Position numbers and translations under genes: made by a program. A stretch of 29,953 bases of DNA, from positions 1 to 29,953 of the IMG/VR virus record IMGVR_UViG_3300028633_000028; one strand, 5' to 3'. The DNA is from a virus. Lineage: Duplodnaviria; Caudoviricetes. The notes below the pieces were generated by a model. That model ran no database searches. It saw only the letters and a list, made by a program, of their open reading frames with translations, and was not told the origin of the DNA. Shown one piece after another: positions 1 through 9,330 of this stretch; the first letter of the stretch is position 1; each line of letters begins with the position of its first letter.

Positions 1-4
1 CAGG

Positions 5-2062
5 TTGCGCGGCCTGCTCAGGAAAAGTTCTCCGGTTCCTTACGTCTCCAGGTTTGGCACGTCCTTCCCCATTGGTGCAGGTAAGAACACAGAGGGCTTC
101 GTCAAGGCGTATGGGGAAATCGGTTGGCTGTTCTCGGTGGTGTCCCGTATTGGTTTTGCGGTGGGCGAAACCGAGTGGCACCTTGAAGACAAGGACGGTG
201 AGGAGCAGGTGGAGCATCCGGCCCTGTCCATCCTGCAAAGGCCTAACCCATTCTGGACAGGACAGGAACTTTTGGAACTCACGCAAACCTACCTTGACCT
301 CACCGGAGAAGCGTATCTGTTGCTGGCCACGGCTCGCCCAGGTGGGCCGCCCCTGGAGATATGGCCGGTATCCCCGTCGTATATGGCTCCTGTTCGTGAC
401 GCTGAACAGTTTGTGAATGGGTTCACGTATAGCAGGTATGGCCAAACCATACACTTCCAGAACGCCGAGGTCATTTGGTTTCGGTACCCATCACCGCTCG
501 ACCTGTATAAGGGAATGGGGCCGGTAGAGGCAAGCAGCGTTGACCTGGACACTGAGCGGTTTTCCTCCCAGTGGAACCGCAACTTCTTTCTCAACTCTGC
601 CCGGCCCGACGCTACCCTGGAGACTGACCAACCGCTACGGGACGAGGACGCGGACAGGCTTCGGGACGAATGGATGAGCATCTACGGTGGTGTTGACCGG
701 GCGCATCGGGTGGCCATTTTGGACTCGGGAGTGAAGTACAAACAGGTGTCGGTAACACAGAGCCAAATGGACTTCATTTCTCAGCGGCGGCTCAACCGGG
801 ATATGATTCTAGGGGCTTACGGTGTTCCCCTTCATATGCTCGGCATCAGCGAGACAACGAACAGGGCCACGGCGGAGTCGGCGGAGTACGTCTTTGCCAG
901 GTGGGTTGTTCGGCCCAGGCTCCAGCGCCTTCGGGCCAAGTTGAACCAGGCCCTGCTTCCCCTGTTTGATTCCCAGGGGCTTTCCTTTGAGTACAACGAC
1001 CCAACACCTGAGCACCGGGACGCGGCTCGAGACGATATGAAGGCCGGACTGGCCGCCGGTGTGCTAACCATTGACGAGGGCCGGGCGCTCCTGGGCCTTG
1101 ACCCACTTGAAGGAAACAAGGGACAGGTGCTTTTGTGGTCTGTGATGCTTAACCCAGTTCCAGTGAACAACCTGGGTAGCGCCCCGGCCAAGACTGTTAA
1201 ACCCACAACGGGGGTGAACGCTCCAGGTGGGGAACCAGTTGGGAAGGGGCTTTCGGCGGAGCAGAAAGCGAAGCTGGCGGAGGCGTTTGCTAAACGAATG
1301 GGCCCCTGGGAGAAGAAATGGGCGGAAATGACCAACGGGTTCTATCAGGGGCTTTGTAGGCGTATTGTGGCGCGTCTCCGGGAAGGCAAGTCTTTCTACG
1401 AACACCTGGCGGCACCAACTGAGCACGGTCACGCCGCGTGGGTGGAAACAAACCGCAAGACCCTGGAAGACCTGTTCGGTCAGGCGTTTTGGGACGCGCA
1501 AGCAGGTGTGCTCAGAAACACCTCCAACCCACTGATGATTCAAGTCCTGCTGGACGCCACGCAGACAGCGGCCGGGGAGTGGGGCCTCAACGTCTTTGAC
1601 ATTCAAAACCCCGAAGTTCAGCGGTGGATTGGTTGGCGGCTCCAGTACTTTTCCACCCTGGTGACGGAGACTGAGAAAGAGTACATTATTGCCCAGTTGA
1701 GGGACGCAACCGCCGCGGGTGAAGGTATTGCTCAGATGGTGACCCGGATTGAGGAGTACTACGGGGACGTCTACTGGAAGGCCGAACGTGTGGCGCGGAC
1801 GGAAGTTGTGGGGGCGTCGAACTGGGCCGAACTGTTCACCTACAAGCAAAACGGTGTGAAGTACAAGGCTTGGCTCGCCACGATGGACGACCGAACCAGG
1901 CCCGAACATCTGGCGGCCCATGAGCAGTACAACGCCAACCCCATTCCCATCAATGAACCGTTCATTGTCATGGGGGAGCGGGTTATGCAACCAGGCGACG
2001 GTAGCGGTTCCAACTGCATCAACTGTCGGTGTACGGTTCTGCCAGTTTGGGAACTTGACTAG
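5..2062 (+). CDS. HK97-family portal protein fused to a C-terminal Mu gpF/SPP1 gp7-like head morphogenesis domain (5' end may lie outside the window)
   Basis: Portal motifs: HPALSILQRPNPFWT, LTGEAY, GMGPVEA, WNRNFFLNSARP, ILGAYGVPLHMLG, LTIDEGRALLGLDP. C-terminal MuF motifs: AERVARTEV, KAWLATMDDRTRPEH, INCRC. The frame is open from the window edge. Confidence 0.93.
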   Translation: MRGLLRKSSPVPYVSRFGTSFPIGAGKNTEGFVKAYGEIGWLFSVVSRIGFAVGETEWHLEDKDGEEQVEHPALSILQRPNPFWTGQELLELTQTYLDLTGEAYLLLATARPGGPPLEIWPVSPSYMAPVRDAEQFVNGFTYSRYGQTIHFQNAEVIWFRYPSPLDLYKGMGPVEASSVDLDTERFSSQWNRNFFLNSARPDATLETDQPLRDEDADRLRDEWMSIYGGVDRAHRVAILDSGVKYKQVSVTQSQMDFISQRRLNRDMILGAYGVPLHMLGISETTNRATAESAEYVFARWVVRPRLQRLRAKLNQALLPLFDSQGLSFEYNDPTPEHRDAARDDMKAGLAAGVLTIDEGRALLGLDPLEGNKGQVLLWSVMLNPVPVNNLGSAPAKTVKPTTGVNAPGGEPVGKGLSAEQKAKLAEAFAKRMGPWEKKWAEMTNGFYQGLCRRIVARLREGKSFYEHLAAPTEHGHAAWVETNRKTLEDLFGQAFWDAQAGVLRNTSNPLMIQVLLDATQTAAGEWGLNVFDIQNPEVQRWIGWRLQYFSTLVTETEKEYIIAQLRDATAAGEGIAQMVTRIEEYYGDVYWKAERVARTEVVGASNWAELFTYKQNGVKYKAWLATMDDRTRPEHLAAHEQYNANPIPINEPFIVMGERVMQPGDGSGSNCINCRCTVLPVWELD

Positions 2063-2081
2063 AAGCAAAGGAGGCGTTACA

Positions 2082-3488
2082 ATGGCGAAAAGGCAAGGAG
2101 GTATCTTGGGCGACAGGGCCATGGTTCACAAGCTGTACATCTGTCCTGTGAAGGAAGTTCCAGGGGTAACAGGGGCTTACGACATTGTTGCCAGCACCAC
2201 GGCCGAGGACAGGGACAGGGAAGCCATCGCGGCCTCCGCCTGGGGTAACCGGATTCAGTCCTTCCTGAAGCACCCGATACTGGTTTCCTCTCACGACTAC
2301 GGCGACCTCCGGAAGCAGATTGGCGAGGTGACCAACCTGGCCTTCACTTCGGACGGTATGGCGGCGCGGGTGCAGTACTACGTCGGGAAGGGGAATGAGG
2401 AAGCGGATTGGGCGGCCTTCCTGGCGTCCAAGGGGCGGGCGGCTTACTCGGTTGGGTTCATCCCGTTTGAGTGGGAGGACGGGGACGTGACGGCCGAAGG
2501 TGTGGCCACTGGCCCGCGAAGGCGCTTCACTGACTGTGAACTGTTGGAAATCTCCCATGTCATCCTCGGCTCGAACCGCGAGGCCCTGGTCACTGGCCTG
2601 GCGAAGGGCTTTGGCTCCCCGGAACTGAACGAGTACGCCAAAGGTGTTCTCGCTGAGATTCCTGTCGAGCAGAAGGAAGGGCGCGTCCTTTCGGCCAAAG
2701 ACCATTCCATGTTCGCGGCCATTGTCAACGACCTGAAAGGGGCGGTCAAGTCCATCGAAGACTACCTGAAGGCGAACGGCCCCAAGGAAGAGGATGAGGA
2801 CAAGGCGGCCATTCCTTACAAGAAGACCCCCCTGGCGGACATGGGCGATGAGTGGGACGCGGGCGCTGAAGTAGCCAAGGCGGAACCGGAAGAACTGAAG
2901 CGCATGTGCGCCTGGTACAACGCGGATGAGCCGGACGTGAAGGCTTCCTACAAACTGCCCCATCACAAGGCGGGCGGCGAGAACCCTTGTGTCTGGCGGG
3001 CGGTTGTGGGGGCCATGGGGGCGCTGTTCGGGGCGCGGGGCGGCGTCAACATTCCGGACGATGAGCGGCGCGGGGTGTACAATCACCTGGTCAAGCATTA
3101 CGAGGACTTTGGGCGCGAGGCCCCCGATTTCAAGGCGGCCTCGGCTGTTGGTTTGTTTGTTGACCTGGCGGCGGCCCCCGACACCAAGGAAGAGGCCTAC
3201 ATTCGCCTGGAACGGGCTTTGGCTGGCGGGTTGCAGGATGAGGGCGAGATAGAAGCGGCCCTGGCGCTCCGCGACAAGCTGAACCAGGCCCTTGGTGAAA
3301 CGGCTCCGCAAGTAGCGCTGGCTACGGCCAGGCGGGCGGTCGCTGACCTGTCAAAGCTGGACGACGCGGCCAGGGCGGAGGCCCTGGAACTTTCCAAGGC
3401 CCTGGCGGGGCTGGAGCCTGACGTGGTTGTGGACGTCGAAGCAATTCGGCGTTTGGTGTCAGCAGAAATTCAGTCGGTGTTCCAATAA
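2082..3488 (+). CDS. HK97-type prohead maturation protease with extra C-terminal domains
   Basis: ASTTAEDRDRE, HPILVSSHDY, YSVGFIP and ELLEISHV..GSNREA are typical prohead protease motifs. The gene sits between portal and capsid. AAGGAGG precedes ATG 2082, so the ORF-track start at 1920 is too far upstream. Confidence 0.88.
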   Translation: MAKRQGGILGDRAMVHKLYICPVKEVPGVTGAYDIVASTTAEDRDREAIAASAWGNRIQSFLKHPILVSSHDYGDLRKQIGEVTNLAFTSDGMAARVQYYVGKGNEEADWAAFLASKGRAAYSVGFIPFEWEDGDVTAEGVATGPRRRFTDCELLEISHVILGSNREALVTGLAKGFGSPELNEYAKGVLAEIPVEQKEGRVLSAKDHSMFAAIVNDLKGAVKSIEDYLKANGPKEEDEDKAAIPYKKTPLADMGDEWDAGAEVAKAEPEELKRMCAWYNADEPDVKASYKLPHHKAGGENPCVWRAVVGAMGALFGARGGVNIPDDERRGVYNHLVKHYEDFGREAPDFKAASAVGLFVDLAAAPDTKEEAYIRLERALAGGLQDEGEIEAALALRDKLNQALGETAPQVALATARRAVADLSKLDDAARAEALELSKALAGLEPDVVVDVEAIRRLVSAEIQSVFQ

Positions 3489-3501
3489 GAAGGAGGGCAA
3501 C

Positions 3502-4668
3502 ATGACCGAGGAAGAACTGAAGAAGGCAATCAAGGACGCGGTGGACGAAGCGGCCAAGACATTTGCCGCTACCAGGTCGGCGGCTATTGCCGCGGCCAGT
3601 GGGGGCGGCGCTTCCCCTCAGACCCAGGAGCAGAAGTGGAAGAGCCTGGGTGAGCAGATGCTGGCGGTTTACAACGCTGGCGTACCAGGTGGTTCGGTGG
3701 ACGGGCGGCTGACCAAGGCCCCTTCCGGCATGAGCGAGGTTGTCCCGTCGGACGGTGGTTTCCTGGTTCAGAGCGACTTTGCGAATGAACTGCTCGCCCG
3801 AACCTACGAAACGGGCATCATCGCCCCTCGCGTCAACCGCATCCCGATTGGCCCTGGAAAGAACGGGCTGAAAATCAACGCGGTTGACGAAACCTCCCGG
3901 GCCAACGGCTCCAGGTGGGGCGGCGTTCAGGCGTATTGGGCGGCCGAGGCGGAGCAGAAGACCGCAAGCAAACCCAAGTTCCGCCAGATGCAGCTTTCCC
4001 TCCAGAAGCTGGTCGGCCTGTGCTACTCCACGGACGAACTACTGCAGGACGCGGTAGCCCTGGGCGCGGTTCTCTCCAAGGCGTTCTCGGAGGAGTTTGG
4101 CTTCATGATTGACGACGCGGTTATCCGTGGTTCTGGCGCGGGGCAGCCCCTGGGTATCCTGAACTCCCCCTGTTTGGTCAGCGTAGCCAAGGAAGCGGGC
4201 CAGGCGGCCGACACAGTTGTGGCTCAGAACATTGTGAAAATGTGGAGCAGGTTGTGGGCGCGCTCCAGGGCCAACGCGGTTTGGCTCATTAACCAGGACG
4301 TCGAGCCGCAGTTGTACACGATGAGCTTGGCGGTCGGCACCGGTGGTGTACCCATCTATATGCCAGCAGGCGGCCTGAGCGGTCAGCAGTACTCGACCCT
4401 GTTCGGGCGGCCTGTTATCGCCTGTGAGCAGTGCAACACGGTGGGCGACCAGGGCGACATCATCCTGGCCGACTTTTCGCAGTACCTGATGATTGACAAG
4501 GGGCCGATGGAGAGCGCTTCCAGCATCCACGTGCGCTTCGTCTACGACGAAACGGCTTTCCGGTTCGTCTATCGCGTAGACGGGCAACCCGCCTGGAACG
4601 CGGCCCTGACCCCCGCATATAGCGCCAACACGCTCTCCCCGTTCGTCGTTCTGGACGCCAGGGCGTGA
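3502..4668 (+). CDS. Major capsid protein (HK97 fold)
   Basis: DGGFLVQSDFANEL, WAAEAE..SKPKF, ELLQDA, G.GAGQPLGILN, TLFGRPV, GDIILADFSQY and TAFRFVYRVDGQP. AAGGAGG precedes ATG 3502. Confidence 0.95.
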   Translation: MTEEELKKAIKDAVDEAAKTFAATRSAAIAAASGGGASPQTQEQKWKSLGEQMLAVYNAGVPGGSVDGRLTKAPSGMSEVVPSDGGFLVQSDFANELLARTYETGIIAPRVNRIPIGPGKNGLKINAVDETSRANGSRWGGVQAYWAAEAEQKTASKPKFRQMQLSLQKLVGLCYSTDELLQDAVALGAVLSKAFSEEFGFMIDDAVIRGSGAGQPLGILNSPCLVSVAKEAGQAADTVVAQNIVKMWSRLWARSRANAVWLINQDVEPQLYTMSLAVGTGGVPIYMPAGGLSGQQYSTLFGRPVIACEQCNTVGDQGDIILADFSQYLMIDKGPMESASSIHVRFVYDETAFRFVYRVDGQPAWNAALTPAYSANTLSPFVVLDARA

Positions 4669-4683
4669 GGGAAGGAGGACACG

Positions 4684-5157
4684 ATGATTTTCACTCAGGA
4701 AAACCATGTAGTTTGCGGGCTTGACCCGATTGCGGACGCGTTCGCTGGAACCATCGCCAGTACCATCGTGGACGTCAGGAACTATGACCATGTTACCTTC
4801 CTGGTCTATGGCGGCGTGAACACGGGCGGTACGGGCAAGTCCACTTGGACGGTGTTGGCCTGTGATGACACTGTTCCGTCGAACACTCACGCCATCGCCT
4901 TCCGGTATCGCGAACTGACCACGAACGACACTTGGGGCGACCTGACCGACGCCACTACGGCGGGCTTCACCAATACGGCGGCCAGTGGTTTCATGCTGGC
5001 CATCGAAGTGGACGTGAAGGAAATCGCCCACACTGGCTATCACTACGTGAAGCTTGTGGGGGTTGAGGCGGTTGACGACCCAGTTGTGGGTTGCATCCTC
5101 GCCATCCTGTCCAAGAGCCGCTACGCTCAGGCGGCTCATGGAAGCGCGATTGACTAG
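4684..5157 (+). CDS. Putative head decoration/accessory capsid protein
   Basis: A 157-aa beta-rich protein directly after the capsid gene, with a strong RBS (AAGGAGG). The function is assigned from position only. Confidence 0.6.
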   Translation: MIFTQENHVVCGLDPIADAFAGTIASTIVDVRNYDHVTFLVYGGVNTGGTGKSTWTVLACDDTVPSNTHAIAFRYRELTTNDTWGDLTDATTAGFTNTAASGFMLAIEVDVKEIAHTGYHYVKLVGVEAVDDPVVGCILAILSKSRYAQAAHGSAID

Positions 5158-5170
5158 TCAGGCATAACGA

Positions 5171-5203
5171 CCAGGCGGGGGCGCTTGTGGGGCCTCCGCC
5201 TGG
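5171..5203 (+). terminator. GC-rich intergenic stem-loop (possible terminator or mRNA stabiliser)
   Basis: CCAGGCGGGGGC pairs with GCCTCCGCCTGG (12 bp, one G-U pair) just after the stop at 5157. There is no clear U-tract. Confidence 0.45.
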
Positions 5204-5237
5204 CCCTGGCCTGGCACAATCGCAGAAGGAGGAGAAC

Positions 5238-6050
5238 ATGGGCGACACGGCTGTAAAGTCATACTGGAGTTCGGGAAACCTTATCTTTACCGAGGACGTG
5301 GTTGGGAACGGGGCGTCCATTCAGTTCGGCATCAACGATGACGGGCTGGACGTCAAGTTCTTTGGGGCCACTTCCGGGTACTACATGCTTTGGGACGAGA
5401 GCGCGAACAACCTGGTATTCGTGGGCGGCGGAATCGCGTTCACGACCACTGGCGCAATCTCGATGGGTGCCGTGTCAAGCTCGGCTGACGGGTCAGGTGT
5501 GGCGCTGTCAGCAAGCAAGACCTCGGCCCTTTCCATCTGCGCGGACACTGGTTCGGCGGCTCTGGCGGCCAGTTCGACCAGGGCGGCCAGGTTCCGCTAC
5601 CTCATCGGCACGACCCCTGGTACGGGCGACATTTCAGCCTACGGCGCGGAGTCGCTGCTGAAGTTCATCGCGAGTACAAACACTGGCGGCAATATCGGCG
5701 GCGTGTTGGGCCACTTGGAGAGCCAGGGAACCGTCACCCTCACTGGAAGCATCAACACTGTCCGGGCGGGTGTGGCGTCCTTCCTCGACTTGGCGGCCAA
5801 TGCTACGGTCGCGGCCAATACGGTCGTGTCGGCCTTTGGCGTGAACCCTGCAAACTTTGGTTCCGTGATGACAGGGCGCTCGGCCATCATTCACGTCACG
5901 AACCCCATGGCGGGTACTTGGGGGTCGTTCCTGGACATGTCTACGGCCACTGGCCTCACCCAGGATTCGGCGGCGGGAGCCACACAGAACAAGCACCTGA
6001 AAATGTACCTGAACGGTGTTCTGTACACGGTTCCCATGTACACGGCGTAG
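5238..6050 (+). CDS. Gly/Ala/Thr/Ser-rich putative virion structural protein (head-fibre-like)
   Basis: RBS AAGGAGGAG precedes ATG 5238. The composition is fibre-like and the gene lies in the head module. Confidence 0.55.
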   Translation: MGDTAVKSYWSSGNLIFTEDVVGNGASIQFGINDDGLDVKFFGATSGYYMLWDESANNLVFVGGGIAFTTTGAISMGAVSSSADGSGVALSASKTSALSICADTGSAALAASSTRAARFRYLIGTTPGTGDISAYGAESLLKFIASTNTGGNIGGVLGHLESQGTVTLTGSINTVRAGVASFLDLAANATVAANTVVSAFGVNPANFGSVMTGRSAIIHVTNPMAGTWGSFLDMSTATGLTQDSAAGATQNKHLKMYLNGVLYTVPMYTA

Positions 6051-6063
6051 AGAAAAGGGCTTT

Positions 6064-6088
6064 GCGGATTGTGCCCCAAACAATCCGC
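6064..6088 (+). terminator. Intergenic stem-loop
   Basis: Perfect 9-bp inverted repeat GCGGATTGT...ACAATCCGC between the stop at 6050 and the start at 6110. Confidence 0.4.
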
Positions 6089-6109
6089 TCCACTACTAGG
6101 GGAGGCCCG

Positions 6110-6547
6110 ATGAAGCTAACGGTGTTCGAGCGGATAATTCTTCTGAACATTCTCCCTTCCTCTCATGACGCCCTCACCATGCGGCTCATCATGGAAATGA
6201 AGCACAAGATAGGGTTCGCGGAGGCGGAGTTGGTGGCGCTGAACCCAAAGAATGGCCAGGACTGGAGCCAGGGGTGTCCGCGGTGTGGTAGTAAAGAAGT
6301 GGTCTATCCGGGCGCTGAAATGCGGCTTTCTCCGGAGCGAACATGTGGCGCTTGCGGCTACCAGGGGATGAGCGGGCCTGGTCAAGTGTTCTGGAACATG
6401 GAGGCCCCACAAGAGGCCGAGATAGAGCTTGGCCCAAGGGCCATCGCCATTATCGCGGCGCGGCTGGATGAGTTGAGCAAGAGCAACCTGGTTCGCCCGG
6501 AGCATATGTCACTTTGTGACAAGTTTGGAGTAGGGGGCCATGGCTGA
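6110..6547 (+). CDS. Hypothetical protein with an internal Zn-ribbon (CPRC...CGAC)
   Basis: RBS GGGGAGG precedes ATG 6110 (MKLTVFER). It has two CxxC pairs. Confidence 0.7.
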   Translation: MKLTVFERIILLNILPSSHDALTMRLIMEMKHKIGFAEAELVALNPKNGQDWSQGCPRCGSKEVVYPGAEMRLSPERTCGACGYQGMSGPGQVFWNMEAPQEAEIELGPRAIAIIAARLDELSKSNLVRPEHMSLCDKFGVGGHG

Positions 6548-6788
6548 CAAGAAGGGCTACGTCCCTGACAGGGACAAGATGATTCGGAAGGCGCGGCGGG
6601 CCAAGGACGTTGACGAAGAAGAGAAGGAACCGCTCCCGCGGGAAGAGCTTGACGAAGAGAAGCGTAAGCGGCGTGAACTGGCGTTGACGCTGGCCAGGCG
6701 GTACAAGGTGGTCTATCGGGAGACGGACGCGGGGTGGCGGAAACCCGACGAGATTGCCAAGAACGAAGCGGCCTGGCAGAAGGGGTGA
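6540..6788 (+). CDS. Small highly charged hypothetical protein
   Basis: An 82-aa ORF overlapping the previous stop, in an operon-like arrangement. Confidence 0.65.
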   Translation: MADKKGYVPDRDKMIRKARRAKDVDEEEKEPLPREELDEEKRKRRELALTLARRYKVVYRETDAGWRKPDEIAKNEAAWQKG

Positions 6789-6792
6789 ACCC

Positions 6793-7125
6793 ATGGTCAA
6801 GATTCGTGTGCTGAACGACTACAAGACTGAGCGGGCCTGGTACAAGAAGGGCCTGGTCGTGGACGTGGAGGAATGGGAGGCCGAGAAGCTGTTGGCGCTC
6901 CCGCACATTTTCCAGGCGGTCGGCCCTGTTGCCGCGGCCCTGTTGGCTGGCCCAGTGGTCGGCCCTGTTGCCGAGGCGTTGCTGGCTGGCCCAGTGGTCG
7001 GCCCTGTGGCGGCGGCGCTGGCCCAGGTGGGGCGGCAAATGACTGAGGCCACGGACGCGGCCATTATGGCGGGCGAGGAGCCTCAGCGGCCCAGGCGTAA
7101 GCGGCGCGAGGCGGAGGAGGAATAA
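6793..7125 (+). CDS. Small head-module protein with a 13-aa tandem repeat
   Basis: The N-terminus MVKIRVLNDY...KGLVVDVEEWEAEKLL resembles small proteins found between capsid and adaptor genes. Its stop overlaps the next start (TAATG). Confidence 0.65.
   Translation: MVKIRVLNDYKTERAWYKKGLVVDVEEWEAEKLLALPHIFQAVGPVAAALLAGPVVGPVAEALLAGPVVGPVAAALAQVGRQMTEATDAAIMAGEEPQRPRRKRREAEEE
6918..7020 (+). repeat. 39-bp in-frame tandem repeat, about 2.6 copies
   Basis: GGTCGGCCCTGT recurs at 6918, 6957 and 6996 and encodes VGPVA(A/E)ALLAGPV. Confidence 0.9.
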
Positions 7126-7496
7126 TGCCTACTGCACAAGTTGTCACCATCACGGAGAACACTTTTGGCTCCATCAAGCGGATTGTGTGGGACTGGGCTT
7201 GTACTGACGGCGGCGCGGTGGTTGGCTCTGTCACTACGGCGGTGTTCGACGGTGAGATTCTGGCCCTGGTCACTGTCCCTGATGGTGGCGCTGACGCCCC
7301 GACCGATAACTACGACATTACCATCAAGGACGCGAACGGCGTTGACCTCTTGGCGGGCCAGGGCGCGAACAGGGACACGGCCAATGCCGAGTACGTGACG
7401 TCGGGCTTCATCCCTGTCGCCCAGAGCAAGCTAACCCTGGCGATTTCCACTGCAGGGGACGCGAAAAAGGGTACTGTCTACCTGTACATTCGGTAA
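7125..7496 (+). CDS. Hypothetical beta-rich virion-associated protein
   Basis: 123 aa, RBS GGAGGAGG, located in the structural operon. Confidence 0.65.
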   Translation: MPTAQVVTITENTFGSIKRIVWDWACTDGGAVVGSVTTAVFDGEILALVTVPDGGADAPTDNYDITIKDANGVDLLAGQGANRDTANAEYVTSGFIPVAQSKLTLAISTAGDAKKGTVYLYIR

Positions 7497-7508
7497 AGGG
7501 GGGGCGCC

Positions 7509-8405
7509 ATGTTCTACGGAACCTACGCCGACGTGACGGCGCTCAAATACGTGCTTGACCCTTCCAGTGGCGTGACCTGGTCGGCGGCCGAAACGGCCCG
7601 GATGCTTGCCGTGCTGGAGGCGGTGTCTCGCCTGATAGACGCCCATACCAGGCGGCGGTTCTTTGTGGAAACGGCCACAAAGTACTACGACGGAACAGTG
7701 GGCGTCGGGCGGGTGGTGGATATGTACTCCGAGCGCCTGACCGAGTACGAATCGCGGCTCTACGTGGACGACCTGTTGGCGGTTTCGTCTATCGCCATGG
7801 ATTCGGACGGTGACGCGGCCTGGGAGGACGTCCTGGCGGCCACGGACTACGTGCTGTACCCCTACAATTCCTACCCCAAGAGCCGGATTGACCTGGACTT
7901 GCGCCAGGGCGACTACTCGTACTGGGTGCGTGGTCAGCAAGCCATCAAGATTGTGGGCCAGTGGGGCTACGGTGATGGTGAGAGCGCGTCGCCCTACAAG
8001 GCGGCGGGGGCTACTATCACTGTAGCCACGGCTGGCGGAACCACTCTCACGGCCTCGGACGGAACCAAGTTCGCGGTCGGGCAAACTATCCTGATGGGGG
8101 CTGAACAGGCGTACATCACGGCCATTTCCGGGAACAACCTGACGGCGGTTCGGGGCGTGAACGGAACCACGGCGGCGGTTCAGGCGGCGGCCACGGCCTA
8201 CGTTTGGTGCTACCCTCCCATGGTTCAGGAGGCGGCGCTTATTCAGGCGGCCCGCATCTGGAAGCGGAAGGATACCCCCCTGGGTGTGGCGGGCGACGTG
8301 GCCCTGGGGGAAATGAGAATGGGTATCACTATCCCGACGCTTGACCCGGACGTGAAGAAGCTGCTGGAAAGTTTCAATCGCCCGCGGGTGAGGGGCCTGG
8401 CGTGA
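7509..8405 (+). CDS. Head-tail adaptor (HK97 gp6/SPP1 gp15-like) with inserted domains
   Basis: N-terminal YADVTALK...LEAVSRLIDAHTRRRF and C-terminal PPMVQEAALIQAARIWKR...LDPDVKKLLESF match the adaptor pattern. Confidence 0.8.
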   Translation: MFYGTYADVTALKYVLDPSSGVTWSAAETARMLAVLEAVSRLIDAHTRRRFFVETATKYYDGTVGVGRVVDMYSERLTEYESRLYVDDLLAVSSIAMDSDGDAAWEDVLAATDYVLYPYNSYPKSRIDLDLRQGDYSYWVRGQQAIKIVGQWGYGDGESASPYKAAGATITVATAGGTTLTASDGTKFAVGQTILMGAEQAYITAISGNNLTAVRGVNGTTAAVQAAATAYVWCYPPMVQEAALIQAARIWKRKDTPLGVAGDVALGEMRMGITIPTLDPDVKKLLESFNRPRVRGLA

Positions 8406-8914
8406 GCGCGAACACGGTTGTCACGATAGAAGGACTGGACAAGGCCCTGGCCAAACTACACGACGCGGGGGTTATCGCCAGGCCCTCGACCCGCATGCTG
8501 ACCAGGATGGCCACGGCGGTGGTCGCCAGGGCCAAGACGCGGGCGCCTGTTGACACTGGTCGCCTACGCTCTAGCATTACATTTGTGCTGGACACGAAGA
8601 ACGCGGTTCCGCATTGGGCCAAAGTTGGCACGAACGTATTTTACGCCCCGTACATGGAGTTTGGAACGGGGCGGCTGAGCGACTTCCCTGGCCCTCACAA
8701 GGAACAACACAATCCTCCGGCGGGGGCGCTCAACGTGTGGGCCAGGCGCCACGGCTTCAAGGGCGGCTGGCAAGTGGCGCGGATTATCTCCATGAGGGGC
8801 GGCCTGGCCCCCCGCATGTATCTACGGAAAGCGGTGGAGGAGGCCATGGCGGAGTTCCGCAAGGCGGGGAAGGATTGCCTGTTTGACATAGGAACGGAGC
8901 TTGGGGGTAAGTGA
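8402..8914 (+). CDS. HK97 gp10-like neck/tail-completion protein
   Basis: IEGLDKAL, APVDTGRLRSSI, NVFYAPYMEFGT and PRMYLRKA. Confidence 0.85.
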   Translation: MSANTVVTIEGLDKALAKLHDAGVIARPSTRMLTRMATAVVARAKTRAPVDTGRLRSSITFVLDTKNAVPHWAKVGTNVFYAPYMEFGTGRLSDFPGPHKEQHNPPAGALNVWARRHGFKGGWQVARIISMRGGLAPRMYLRKAVEEAMAEFRKAGKDCLFDIGTELGGK

Positions 8915-9321
8915 TGGCAACCACAATACAGCAAGTGACCGACGCGGTTGTGGCCAAACTGAGGGCCCTTTCGGGCATCAAGTTCGCCCCCGACGAACCT
9001 GCGGAGCAAATGACGGCCTTCCCTTTCGCGGTGGTTTGGTGGAGCGAAGGGGACGCCAACCCTGTGGACGCCACTTGGGGCTACACGCTGGACACGGTCA
9101 TAGCGGAGATTCATGTGGCGCGGAAAGACCTTCCGTATGACGTAGCGGCGGTTCGCGGCTTTGGTGACACGGCGCGGGCGGCCCTGGTTGCCGACCCAAC
9201 CCTGGGGGGCGTGACCAATTCCCTCAATCGGCTGTACATGTCCTTTCGGGCGATGGAGTGGGGCGGCGTCCAGACGCTTGGCTACCACTTGGAGCTTACC
9301 TACAAATTCACAGTCTTGTAA
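8914..9321 (+). CDS. Putative tail terminator protein
   Basis: About 135 aa, after the gp10-like gene, with FPFAVV and AALVADPTLGG. The start is GTG 8911 or ATG 8914. Confidence 0.65.
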   Translation: MATTIQQVTDAVVAKLRALSGIKFAPDEPAEQMTAFPFAVVWWSEGDANPVDATWGYTLDTVIAEIHVARKDLPYDVAAVRGFGDTARAALVADPTLGGVTNSLNRLYMSFRAMEWGGVQTLGYHLELTYKFTVL

Positions 9322-9330
9322 AGGAGAACA

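Noticed and set aside
6918-7020. CRISPR-like array
   Set aside because: The repeats are contiguous, in frame and have no unique spacers.
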